Shown: positions 1-9,214 of the stretch, in pieces
Numbering within the stretch: the stretch's first letter is position 1
How the letters are laid out: each line of letters opens with the position of its first letter
Notes under the pieces: generated by a model
Seen by the model: the letters and a program-made list of their open reading frames with translations, nothing else
Told to the model about the DNA's origin: nothing
Databases searched by the model: none
NCBI GenBank assembly: GCA_964291295.2
Contig: OZ219754.1
Coordinates: 2,144,001-2,208,000, forward strand
DNA: 64,000 bases
Source of the DNA: an uncultured Candidatus Binatia bacterium
GTDB lineage: Bacteria > Desulfobacterota > Binatia > UBA9968 > JAJDTQ01
Direction of reading: 5' to 3'
Translations under genes and position numbers: made by a program

Positions 1-665
1 CCGCGAAAGGCCATCTCCGGGGCGCGCAGTCCGGCAAGGCGCAGGTCCCTGAAGCCGTCCGTCCGTCCCACCCCGATGGCCAGGATCGGCCTGGGGTGGC
101 CCTCGAAATCGTCGAGGGCATCGGCCGGGTTGACGATGCCGTCGGACGCGACGATGATCCCGGCGGCGTCCGGCTCGTTTGCCGCCACCTGTTCGAGGGC
201 GTCGAACAGCCGGCTGGCATCTCCCGTCGGAGCCGCGGCCGCAAGCGCGTCAGGATCCCGCGGCGTGGTCTCGCGGTCGAAGGCGTAGCGCTTGAGATCG
301 TATTTTTCGGCCAGGTCCCGGGTCAGTCCCGCGGCCGCCAGTGCCTCTCTGGCGGCGTCGAGCCGGCTGCCGCCGCCGTGCCCGGCCGGGAGTCCCATGC
401 TCTCGGAGGTATCCATCAGGACCACCAGCGGCCGCCGCAGCGGCGTGGGATCCTCCGCCGTGCGCACCGGTCCCAGGAGGAACAACAACAGCAGGAGATG
501 GACCATGCCCCGCAGCAGCGTCAACAGCGAGCCCCGGCCCGGTCCGAGGCTCCGGTGCAGGAAGCGGAACTGGTGGACGAGGAAACCCGCCGCGGCCAAC
601 GTCAGCCCTGCCACCAGCCACGGGGGGAGCCCTCCGCCGAAGACGATGTCCGAGATTCCCGTCAT
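1..665 (-). CDS. Membrane-anchored vWA-domain protein of MoxR operons (partial, runs off the window start)
   Basis: Manual translation from the ATG at 665: MTGISDIVFGGGLPPWLVAGL..., with two TM segments, then a MIDAS-like VVLMDTSESM and IIVASDG. Lies directly downstream of the DUF4159 gene. Confidence 0.75.
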   Translation of the reverse strand, partial: MTGISDIVFGGGLPPWLVAGLTLAAAGFLVHQFRFLHRSLGPGRGSLLTLLRGMVHLLLLLFLLGPVRTAEDPTPLRRPLVVLMDTSESMGLPAGHGGGSRLDAAREALAAAGLTRDLAEKYDLKRYAFDRETTPRDPDALAAAAPTGDASRLFDALEQVAANEPDAAGIIVASDGIVNPADALDDFEGHPRPILAIGVGRTDGFRDLRLAGLRAPEMAFR

Positions 666-671
666 GGCATC

Positions 672-1430
672 CTACTGGGTGAGCCGGCGCCGGATGAACG
701 GCACGTGGATCAGGTCCTGCTTGTAGTTGCCGGTCATGGAGTAGAGGATCAGGTTGACGCCCAGGTGGAAGGCGTCGCGCCGTTGCGCTTCGCCGTTGGG
801 CACGCAGGGATGACTCCAGCGTCCGAGGCCGTCCCGCTCCCAGGCACCCGCCAGATCGTTGTGGCAATAGACCACCGGCGTGGTCTCCGCGAGTTGGATG
901 CCTTCGAGATAAGGGCTGGTGGCCACCCGCCCGCCTATCCGCCGGAGCAGGTAGTAGCTGCGCAGCAACGCGTGGGTCAGGGGTATCTTGCGCATCTCCC
1001 GTCCCGGGAACAATCGCTGCATCTCCGCGCGGAAGCGCCGGTCGAAGCCATAGCCCAGTTGGCCGAGGGTGTTGTCGGCCAGCAGGAACCCGCCGAAGGA
1101 AAGGAAGCGGCGCAGGGTCAGGGTCTCGTCCTGGGAGAACGGCTCGAAGTCGTACTTGCCGGCCATGTAGAGGAACGGGAACGAGAAGAGCTCGGGGTCG
1201 GTGAGCCGCACCACCCGGCGTTCCAGCGCCGCGTGGACGCTGGTCCGGCGCATGAGTTCCTCCATCAACGGGGTCGCCGCCCGGGGGCGCGGGTCCCAGT
1301 CGCCGCCGCGGTAGCGCACCTGCGCGAAGACGAACGGCGTCGATTCCGCCGCTTCGAGTGGCGCGGGCAGACCCCAGGCCGTGGTGGCGGCCGTTCCAAG
1401 GACGCCTCGCAGGAACCGTCGTCTATTCAT
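672..1430 (-). CDS. DUF4159 domain protein with a Tat-like signal
   Basis: N-terminus MNRRRFLRG; motifs FPFLYMAG, GGFLLAD, NDLAGAW, GVNLILYSMTGNYKQD. Start trimmed from ORF 672..1541. Confidence 0.85.
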   Translation of the reverse strand: MNRRRFLRGVLGTAATTAWGLPAPLEAAESTPFVFAQVRYRGGDWDPRPRAATPLMEELMRRTSVHAALERRVVRLTDPELFSFPFLYMAGKYDFEPFSQDETLTLRRFLSFGGFLLADNTLGQLGYGFDRRFRAEMQRLFPGREMRKIPLTHALLRSYYLLRRIGGRVATSPYLEGIQLAETTPVVYCHNDLAGAWERDGLGRWSHPCVPNGEAQRRDAFHLGVNLILYSMTGNYKQDLIHVPFIRRRLTQ

Positions 1431-3522
1431 GGTTTCGCTGTCCCAGCCAGCTTTCGAACAGGAGCGTGAGCACCAGCAACACCACCAGCGCCAGCGCCAG
1501 GTCTGTGCGGGTGCCGCCCTCGGACAGGGCGCCGGCGGCAAGGACCTGGTGGCTCACGGGTCCGAGCTTTCGCTCCAGTTCGCCGGCGCCGATGCGTTCC
1601 AGGCGCGACTCCAGGGGCGGCGGGTTCACCGCGTACAGCGGGGCGATGTCCAACTCTCCACGGGGGGAGACCACCCGGTATATCCCGGCGAAGTCGTTGC
1701 CGTCGAAGGCCCCGGACGCCCCTCCCTCCGCCGGCTCCAGGAGGACCTCCCGCTCCCTGCGGTTGGGATCCACCACCCGCAGCCGCTTCCCCGCGTGAGC
1801 GGCATCGACGGTCCATCGCTTCTCGGTGCCCGCGGTGATCCCGGTGTCAAGGGAGCCGCCGCCGCCTCCCGCCATGTGAGCGGCCAGCGACTGCATCAGC
1901 GGTACGTAGCCGATCTTGAGGGGGAGATCGTTCCAGGCACTGTCGACGGTGGATGTGTAAAGGAGAACGCGGCCCTTGCCGTGCTCCTTCTCCACCAGCA
2001 GCGGCTCATCGTTGCTCAGGCGCATCAGGGTGCGCCCCCCGGCCGGTGCCACCGTGAAGTACGACGATACCTTGACCGAGCGCAGCGAATCCAGCAGGCG
2101 CGGGTCGGCAAAGGCCGCCAGGGCGGGGTGCGTCACATCCACCGCGCCCACGGCGACATTACGGTCCAGGGGCACCCGCCGCTGTTGCCCCAGAGGGCCG
2201 GGGAGGAGAGGCGATGCGTTGCGCCACAATGCCCGGTTGTGGCCTTCGGCCGTTACCCGGTCGCCCAGGGCCAGCAGCAGCCCGCCGCCGTTCTCGACGA
2301 AGGCCGCAAGCCGGGCCGCGAACGCCGCCGGCAACGTGGCGATGTTGGCCAGTACCACCGCCTGATATCCGTCAGGGTCGATCCGGTCGATGGCGCCCGG
2401 GAGCACGACCTCCGGCAACAGCACCGAGTTGGCCACGTCCCCGGCGGGGTTCAGCGCGCGGCTCAGGAAGAAGGTCTCGCTGACCGCCAGCGCCCTCTGG
2501 GGGTCGCCGTCCACCAGCAGGATGTTCGGACGGTCCCGGGTGTGCAGGGTGAAGTAGTGCCGCAGGCTGCCGGACAGTCCGGCTCCATGGAGCGACACGC
2601 GGCCGGAGTGGCTGCCGGGCCGGTCGAGCCTGAACCGGAAGTCCACGGTGGACGCCGCACCCGGCGACAGTGTCACCGGCTTTTCGTCCCGCACCTCGCC
2701 GTCGATGCTGAGACGAGCCGTCAGGTCGGGGATGGCGGCGTCGGCAAAGCTCTCGAGGGTGGCCTCCAGCCCGATGTCCATTCCCGGAGCGACATGGGCG
2801 GCCCGGGAGGCGAGCGCGGTGATGGTGGCGCTCGGCGGCGGATCGGACGAGCCCACGGTAACGATCTTCACGGGGACCGTGGGGTCGTACGCGCCCACCG
2901 CCGGCAGCGACAGGCGGTCCCAACCCGAAAGCCCCAGGTCGGTGATCACCCACAGCGCCTTCTGCCCTCCGCTTTTTCCCAGGAGTCCGTAGGCGGTGCG
3001 CAGGGCCGCCGTGAAGTCGGCGGTGCCGGCGGTGACGGCCAATGCCCCGAGGTCCTTGAGGGCCGCTTCCCGCGGATCCCTGAGCAGGGGTTGACGGCGC
3101 CCCGCCGGGTTGGTGGCGATGACCGCGGCGAGATCGTCTTCGTCGAGCGCCTCGAGGATGCGGCCGGCGGCCTGTTTCGCTTCGTTGAACGGCGCGCCCC
3201 GTTCGCGCACCTGCATGCTCAGGGAATTGTCCACGACGATGGCGGTGGCCAAGGGCGCGCCCCTGGCCGAGAGCCCCACCCCGGTCTCCCACAGCGGGTG
3301 GGCCATGAGCAGCACCAGCAGGATGATGGCCAGTGTCCGCACCGCCAGCAGCAGCCAGTTCCGCAGGTTGTAGGTGCGGGCCACGCGCCGTTGCGAGATC
3401 AGCACGAAACGCACCGCGGGGAAGCGCAGGCGTTTCTGCTGCCGCCGGTTGAGCAGGTGGATCACCAGCGGGATCACCGCCGTCACCAGCGCCGCGAGGT
3501 ACAAGGGGTAGAGGAATCCCAG
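1423..3522 (-). CDS. BatA N-terminal / vWA / GATase-like membrane protein
   Basis: LYLAALVTAVIPLVIHLLNRR...FPAVRF is a BatA-type double TM; vWA motif VVDNSLSM; C-terminal TM. Probable CTG start at 3522 (see findings). Confidence 0.85.
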   Translation of the reverse strand: MGFLYPLYLAALVTAVIPLVIHLLNRRQQKRLRFPAVRFVLISQRRVARTYNLRNWLLLAVRTLAIILLVLLMAHPLWETGVGLSARGAPLATAIVVDNSLSMQVRERGAPFNEAKQAAGRILEALDEDDLAAVIATNPAGRRQPLLRDPREAALKDLGALAVTAGTADFTAALRTAYGLLGKSGGQKALWVITDLGLSGWDRLSLPAVGAYDPTVPVKIVTVGSSDPPPSATITALASRAAHVAPGMDIGLEATLESFADAAIPDLTARLSIDGEVRDEKPVTLSPGAASTVDFRFRLDRPGSHSGRVSLHGAGLSGSLRHYFTLHTRDRPNILLVDGDPQRALAVSETFFLSRALNPAGDVANSVLLPEVVLPGAIDRIDPDGYQAVVLANIATLPAAFAARLAAFVENGGGLLLALGDRVTAEGHNRALWRNASPLLPGPLGQQRRVPLDRNVAVGAVDVTHPALAAFADPRLLDSLRSVKVSSYFTVAPAGGRTLMRLSNDEPLLVEKEHGKGRVLLYTSTVDSAWNDLPLKIGYVPLMQSLAAHMAGGGGGSLDTGITAGTEKRWTVDAAHAGKRLRVVDPNRREREVLLEPAEGGASGAFDGNDFAGIYRVVSPRGELDIAPLYAVNPPPLESRLERIGAGELERKLGPVSHQVLAAGALSEGGTRTDLALALVVLLVLTLLFESWLGQRNHE

Positions 3523-3523
3523 G

Positions 3524-4414
3524 TTATTTCCTCCAGCTCAGGTAGCTCACCAGAGCCTGGTCCAGCGGCGTCGCCGTCGAGACCAGTTGGTAGTCGATGG
3601 CGTACTCGTGACAGCCTGACCGGAGCGTGTCGATGTGTTGCTCCACGACCCGGCGATATTCCGCCTGGATGGCCTTGGGGTCGGCGATGACCCGAAGGCC
3701 CGGGTCTTCGATGTCCTCGAACCGCGTGTTGCCGGAGAAAGGGAGGGTGATCTCCGCTTCGTCCATCAGGTGGAACACCAGCACATCGTTGCCCTTGAAG
3801 CGGAACAGGCGCAACCCCTGGAGCACCGACTCGGCGTCGTCCAGCAGGTCCGACACCAGCACCACCAGGCCGCGCCGCCGGATGCCGCCGGCCACTTCGT
3901 GCAGGATCCTGCCCACGGCGGTCTCGCCCCGAACGGTCTCGGCCTCGAGCCGCTGCAGGAGCTCCACCATGTAGCCTCGGGTGGCTCTGGGCGGCAGTTG
4001 CGAATCGATACGGTCCGAAAAGGTGGTCAGGCCCGCGGCGTCCTGCTGCCGGAGGATGAGGTAGGCCAGCGACGCCACCAGGATGCAGCCGTACTCGAAT
4101 TTGGTGACCTCGCCCGACGCGTAGTCCATGGAGCCGCTGACGTCCAGCAGCAGGTGAGTCCTGAGGTTGCTCTCGTCCTCGAATTCCTTGACGAAGTATC
4201 GGTCCAGCTTGCCCAGGGCCTTCCAGTCGATGCGGCGGATCTCGTCCCCCGGAGCATACTCGCGATGCTGCTCGAACTCGACGCTGAAGCCCTTGGCGCG
4301 GCTCCGGTGGAGCCCGGCCATGACGCCTTCGACGACCCAACGCGCCTTGAGGTGCAGGTTCGAGAGCCTCGCCAGCACCGCCGGGTCGAAGTAGCCTTGT
4401 TCAGGGGTTGCCAT
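3524..4414 (-). CDS. DUF58 domain protein (MoxR partner)
   Basis: GFSVEFEQHREYAPGDEIRRIDWK, LLDVSGSM, VLVSDLL. Confidence 0.93.
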   Translation of the reverse strand: MATPEQGYFDPAVLARLSNLHLKARWVVEGVMAGLHRSRAKGFSVEFEQHREYAPGDEIRRIDWKALGKLDRYFVKEFEDESNLRTHLLLDVSGSMDYASGEVTKFEYGCILVASLAYLILRQQDAAGLTTFSDRIDSQLPPRATRGYMVELLQRLEAETVRGETAVGRILHEVAGGIRRRGLVVLVSDLLDDAESVLQGLRLFRFKGNDVLVFHLMDEAEITLPFSGNTRFEDIEDPGLRVIADPKAIQAEYRRVVEQHIDTLRSGCHEYAIDYQLVSTATPLDQALVSYLSWRK

Positions 4415-4609
4415 GAACGCCGAAGCGATAGTGGAATACCGCGTCAGTTAATCACCTTCATCGGGTGAACTCAAGGCGGTCCGGGCACCGGTGCCCGAAT
4501 CGCCGAGCCGTTGGCGTGGCGGTGCGCGGTGTCGGGTATGCTAAGATGCGCGGTTGTCGTTGCGGCGGGCGGGAAGACGGCGGTGACCGGCACGGGGACG
4601 TATCCATTC

Positions 4610-5821
4610 GTGACACGAAACAGCATACTTGGCGCCATCGGCAGGGACCGGTTGGCGCTGCTGGGATACATGACGGGCGGGCATTTTGCGGTGCACTGGT
4701 TCATCCAGCTGTTTCCGCTGATCCTGGAGCCCCTGAAGGCCGCCCTGCGTCTCAGCTACGTGCAGGTGGGGAGCCTGATGACCCTGCGGGAACTCACCAC
4801 CGGGCTCATGAATCTGCCCGCGGGGATCCTGGGGGACCGGCTGGCGCGCCATCGAACCGCGATTCTCTCCTCGGCGCTCTTGGCCTTGGGGGCGGCCTAC
4901 CTGCTCTTCGGCCTCGCCCCCGGCTACCTCTCCGCGTTGGTTGCGGCCGGCCTTGTGGGCGTCGGCATTGCACTCTGGCATCCCACGGCCATGGCGTCGC
5001 TCTCGAGCCGCTTCCCCGAGCACCGGGCCACCGCCTTTGCCATCCACGGCATGGGCGCCACCGTCAGCGACACCCTCACACCGGTGGCGGTGGGGCTCCT
5101 TTTCATTCTGTACCCCTGGCACCGACTCATGGTGCTGCAACTGTTGCTGGCCGTGCTGCTGGGCATTCCCTTGTGGCTCGGTCTGCGCCGTGTGCTGGCC
5201 ACGCCGCCGCCCGTGTCCACGGCCCGGGGCGCGCAGGCGTCGGGGCTGGGCGCGTTCCTGCGCAATCCGAGCTTCCTGGGCATGGCCCTCGCCAACGGCC
5301 TCATGAACACCGGCCGGGTGCTGGTCTACACGTTCTTTCCCTTGTACGTGCAGGAAACCCTCGGTTACACCTCCAGGGGACTGGGCGTCTACCTCGGTCT
5401 GCTGCACGTCCTGGGCACGGTGTCCCAACTGGCCCTCGGCTATCTGTCGGACCGGCTGGGGCGGAAGGGAGTGTTGTTGCCGGCGTTTCTGGCCTTGGGG
5501 GTGCTCTACATCCTGATCCCGCTGGTGCCGCCGGGGGTTCCCCTGGGGATCGTGGTGTCCCTCATCAGCCTCTTCTTCTACACCCTCACCAACGTCACCG
5601 CCGCCGCCATCGTGGATGTGGCCGGCTCCCGAATCCAGGCCACGTCCCTGGGGATCACGTTCCTGTTCAACAGCATGTTCACCCTGCCCGGCCCGGTCAT
5701 CGCCGGCTACCTGGTCGGGCACTACGGCATGGGCGCGGTGTTCTACCTTTCCGGCGGCGTGATGCTGGCGGCCGCCGCCGTCATCCTCCCGCTGCGGCTA
5801 TACCGGGGCTGGGGACGATGA
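4610..5821 (+). CDS. MFS transporter
   Basis: About 12 hydrophobic helices; motif A-like GILGDRL and GYLSDRLGRK. Start uncertain (GTG 4610 or an upstream codon). Confidence 0.88.
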   Translation: MTRNSILGAIGRDRLALLGYMTGGHFAVHWFIQLFPLILEPLKAALRLSYVQVGSLMTLRELTTGLMNLPAGILGDRLARHRTAILSSALLALGAAYLLFGLAPGYLSALVAAGLVGVGIALWHPTAMASLSSRFPEHRATAFAIHGMGATVSDTLTPVAVGLLFILYPWHRLMVLQLLLAVLLGIPLWLGLRRVLATPPPVSTARGAQASGLGAFLRNPSFLGMALANGLMNTGRVLVYTFFPLYVQETLGYTSRGLGVYLGLLHVLGTVSQLALGYLSDRLGRKGVLLPAFLALGVLYILIPLVPPGVPLGIVVSLISLFFYTLTNVTAAAIVDVAGSRIQATSLGITFLFNSMFTLPGPVIAGYLVGHYGMGAVFYLSGGVMLAAAAVILPLRLYRGWGR

Positions 5822-6624
5822 CGGCCGGGCGTCTGTTTCGGATCGGGCCGGAGGCCCGGCGGCGGGAACGAAGCGTGACTTCCCGGTTCCCTCCGGAACG
5901 GAACATGGAACTCGCGCGCGGCGCGATCCACGTGTGGCGTGCGGCGACCGAGGTTTCCGCGTCTCGCCTGGCTCGCCTGTACGAACTGCTGGCGTCCGAC
6001 GAACGTGAGCGGGCGGCCCGTTTCCGCCGCGAGGCGGACCGGCGGCGGTACACGGTGGCCCGGGGCGTTCTCAGAAGCCTGCTCGGGCGTTACCTCGGCG
6101 TGGAGCCGGCGGCGCTCGCGTTCCGTTACGGTGCCCATGGAAAGCCGGCGCTGTCGCAAGCCGCCGCCGGCGGCGACCTGCGCTTCAATCTGTCCCATTC
6201 CCATGGGCTGGCGCTGCATGCCTTTGCAGTGGGCCGCGAGGTGGGTGTGGACATCGAGCGCATGCGTCCGGACACCGACATCATGGGCGTCGCCCGGCAT
6301 TCCTTTTCGCCCGCCGAGCTGGAGGCCCTGACAAGCCTTCCGTCGGCGTGGCGGCGTGCGGCCTTCTTCGATGGCTGGTGCCGCAAGGAGGCGTTCATCA
6401 AGGCCTGCGGGGAGGGCGTCGCGCTGGGGCTGCGGCGGTTCGATGTGACCTTGCGGCCGGACGAGTCGGCGGCGTTGCTGCGGTTCGAAGGCGATCCGGC
6501 GGCGGCGTCACGGTGGTCCATGCGCGCCCTGGACGCGGGCGAGGGCTACCGGGCGGCGCTGGTGGTGGAAGGAGAGGGATGGGACCTGTGGTGCGGGGAC
6601 TATCCCGGCGACGGCGTGATCTGA
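5818..6624 (+). CDS. Sfp-type 4'-phosphopantetheinyl transferase
   Basis: FNLSHS, VGVDIE, WCRKEAFIKACGEG. Start is either 5818 (ATGA overlap with the MFS stop) or 5905. Confidence 0.9.
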   Translation: MTAGRLFRIGPEARRRERSVTSRFPPERNMELARGAIHVWRAATEVSASRLARLYELLASDERERAARFRREADRRRYTVARGVLRSLLGRYLGVEPAALAFRYGAHGKPALSQAAAGGDLRFNLSHSHGLALHAFAVGREVGVDIERMRPDTDIMGVARHSFSPAELEALTSLPSAWRRAAFFDGWCRKEAFIKACGEGVALGLRRFDVTLRPDESAALLRFEGDPAAASRWSMRALDAGEGYRAALVVEGEGWDLWCGDYPGDGVI

Positions 6625-6676
6625 CGTGGGTCCGCTCAAGGAGAAGAAGGCAGGACGGGCAGGAAGGGGGAATCGC

Positions 6677-7225
6677 ATGGCGCGTATCGCGAAGATCGAG
6701 ACAAAGGACCAGCTGGACCCGGAACACCATGGGGTGTTCGATGCCATCGCGGAGAGCCGCGGCCGGGTGCAGGGACCGTTTCCCATGCTGCTGCACAGCC
6801 CGGAGCTGGCGGGCCGCGTGGCGCATCTGGGCGCCCATGTGCGCTTCGAGATGGGACTGTCCCGGAAGCTCAAGGAACTGGTGATCCTCACCGTGGCGCG
6901 GGAGCTGGACTGCCGCTTCGAGTGGTCGGTGCACGCCGGGCATGCGCGCGCGGCGGGGGTTCCCGACGACTGTATCGAGGCCCTGCGAACCCGGCGGGAA
7001 CCGGCCGGCCTCACTCCGGAGGAGACGGACGTCCGCCGCTACACACGGGAGCTGCTGCGGTCCCGCCGCGTGAGCGGCGAGACCTTCGCCGCCGTGGAGC
7101 GGAGGCTGGGGGCCGCGGGTTGCGTGGAGCTCTCGTCCCTCATCGGATACTATGTGTTGCTGGCCTGCGTCCTCAATTCCATGGAGGTGGAGCCGGCGGA
7201 GGGCGAGAAGCCGCTGGATCCATAG
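6677..7225 (+). CDS. Carboxymuconolactone decarboxylase/AhpD-like protein
   Basis: GPFPMLLHSPELA, ELVILTVARELDCRFEWSVH; purine-rich RBS upstream. Confidence 0.85.
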   Translation: MARIAKIETKDQLDPEHHGVFDAIAESRGRVQGPFPMLLHSPELAGRVAHLGAHVRFEMGLSRKLKELVILTVARELDCRFEWSVHAGHARAAGVPDDCIEALRTRREPAGLTPEETDVRRYTRELLRSRRVSGETFAAVERRLGAAGCVELSSLIGYYVLLACVLNSMEVEPAEGEKPLDP

Positions 7226-7494
7226 GGAGGCGCCATCCCCGCTCCCGGGGATCCGGGTGAGGGGACGCTCGTCCCCGGCCGTCAGCGCTTGGGTGCGCGC
7301 GGTTCCAGACCACCGTGACAGCCGCCTTTCGCCGGACTCGCGGCCAGGGCCATTTCACAGGGTGATGCCACCCGGCCGACCTCACCCCGTGAACGAGCCG
7401 GCTCCCGTGCCGGACCGGCGAGCACACGTCAGGATGCCGCACCGGCGCGGCGGGAGCGTCGCACCGGCGCGGCGGAAGACACGGACGGAGCGCA

Positions 7495-9105
7495 ATGAGC
7501 GACAGACCCAAGAGCGACAGACCCAATTTTCTCTTCATCATCACCGACCAGCACCGGGCGGACCATCTCGGTTGTTACGGCAATCCGGTGGTGCGGACGC
7601 CGCACATCGACGGACTCGCGTCGTCGGGCACCCGCTTTGACCGCTTCTACGCGGCCACGCCCATCTGCATGCCCAATCGGGCCACGTTGATGACCGGCCG
7701 GATGCCGTCGCTCCACGGCGTCCGTCATAACGGCATCCCGCTTTCCCTGCAGGCCACCACCTTCACCGACATCCTGTCCGCGGCCGGCTACCGCACGGTG
7801 CTCATCGGCAAGTGCCATCTCCAGAGCATCAAGGACGACCTTCCGGTGGTCGGCATGCCGGAGCCGGACCCGAAGCGCACCCGGCCGCCCGAGGGGCTCC
7901 GCGAGGCGCGGAAGGATGCCGGCGGGCGTTATGACCAGGAGCTTCCGTCCACCTGGGCGCGGGATCCGGAGTTCGAGCCGGTGTTGCCCTACTACGGGTT
8001 CCAGCACGTGGAACTCTGCATCAGGCATGCAGACCAGGTGGTGGGACACTACGACCGATGGCTGCGTGCGCGTCACCCGGACCCCGACTCCCTGCGCGGG
8101 CGCGCCTGCCAGCTTCCCGGCAACCGCCGTCAGGCACCCCAGGCATGGCGCACCCGGATGCCCGAGGAGCTTTATCCCACCACCTACGTGGCCGAGCGCA
8201 CCCTGGCGTTCCTGGAGGAGCACGCGCGCTCCGGCCGGAAGCGGCCGTTCTTCATCCAGTGCTCGTTTCCCGACCCGCATCATGCGTTCACGCCTCCCGG
8301 CAGGTATTGGGACATCTACGACCCCGAGGCCATCGCGCTGCCGGGTTCGTTTCATCACGGCGAACATCCGGTGCCGCCGCATCTGGCACGGCTCCACGAG
8401 GAACGGGACCGGGGCGAGGCCAACCGCGACGGCCAGCGCACTTTCGCCATCACCGAGCGGGAAGCGCGCGAGGCCATCGCGCTCACGTACGGCATGATCA
8501 CCATGATCGATGATGCCATCGGGCGCATTCGAACCCGACTGGAGGCGCTGGGCCTGTCGGACGACACGGTGATCGTCTTCACCAGCGACCATGGCGATTT
8601 CATGGGCGACCACCAGCTTTTGCTGAAGGGCGCGCTGCACTATCGCGGTCTGGTGCGGGTGCCGTTCATCTGGGTGGATCCGAAGACGGAAACGAGGGGA
8701 GTCGTCAACCCGGGACTGTGCGGCACCCTGGACCTGCCCGGCACGATCCTGCATCGGGCCGGTCTGGCGGGGCATAACGGCATGCAGGGCATGAGCCTGC
8801 TGGCGGCCATGGACGGCTCCGACACCGGCTGTGACGCGCTCCTCATCGAGGAGCACCAGCGCCGGGGATACATGGGCTTCGACAACAACTTCCGCGCCCG
8901 CACGCTCATCACGCCGCATCGTCGCCTGACCCTCTACGAGGGGGCGGATCGGGGCGAGGTCTACGACCTGGAAAACGACCCCGACGAGATGCGCAACCTG
9001 TGGGACGAGCCGGGCTCCCGCCGCCACGAACTCACCGAGGCGCTGGCCCGCAAGATGATGGCCCTCACCGACACGAGCCCCCTGGCCACGCACCACGGTC
9101 CGTAG
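7495..9105 (+). CDS. Formylglycine-dependent sulfatase family hydrolase
   Basis: PNFLFIITDQHR, CMPNR (CxPxR), GKCHL, FTSDHGD. Confidence 0.93.
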   Translation: MSDRPKSDRPNFLFIITDQHRADHLGCYGNPVVRTPHIDGLASSGTRFDRFYAATPICMPNRATLMTGRMPSLHGVRHNGIPLSLQATTFTDILSAAGYRTVLIGKCHLQSIKDDLPVVGMPEPDPKRTRPPEGLREARKDAGGRYDQELPSTWARDPEFEPVLPYYGFQHVELCIRHADQVVGHYDRWLRARHPDPDSLRGRACQLPGNRRQAPQAWRTRMPEELYPTTYVAERTLAFLEEHARSGRKRPFFIQCSFPDPHHAFTPPGRYWDIYDPEAIALPGSFHHGEHPVPPHLARLHEERDRGEANRDGQRTFAITEREAREAIALTYGMITMIDDAIGRIRTRLEALGLSDDTVIVFTSDHGDFMGDHQLLLKGALHYRGLVRVPFIWVDPKTETRGVVNPGLCGTLDLPGTILHRAGLAGHNGMQGMSLLAAMDGSDTGCDALLIEEHQRRGYMGFDNNFRARTLITPHRRLTLYEGADRGEVYDLENDPDEMRNLWDEPGSRRHELTEALARKMMALTDTSPLATHHGP

Positions 9106-9214
9106 GGCAGCGTTGCCATCCATCAGGAATCTCGCCGCACATCATGTTGTCGTGATGAACAAAGGCGGCGAGGGGCGCTACAGTCGCCATGGTCGACAGG
9201 AGCGGAGACCTTCC

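Noticed and set aside
7226-7494. Duplicated CGCACCGGCGCGGCGG upstream of the sulfatase
   Set aside because: Only two copies in very GC-rich sequence, with no further structure to support a function.
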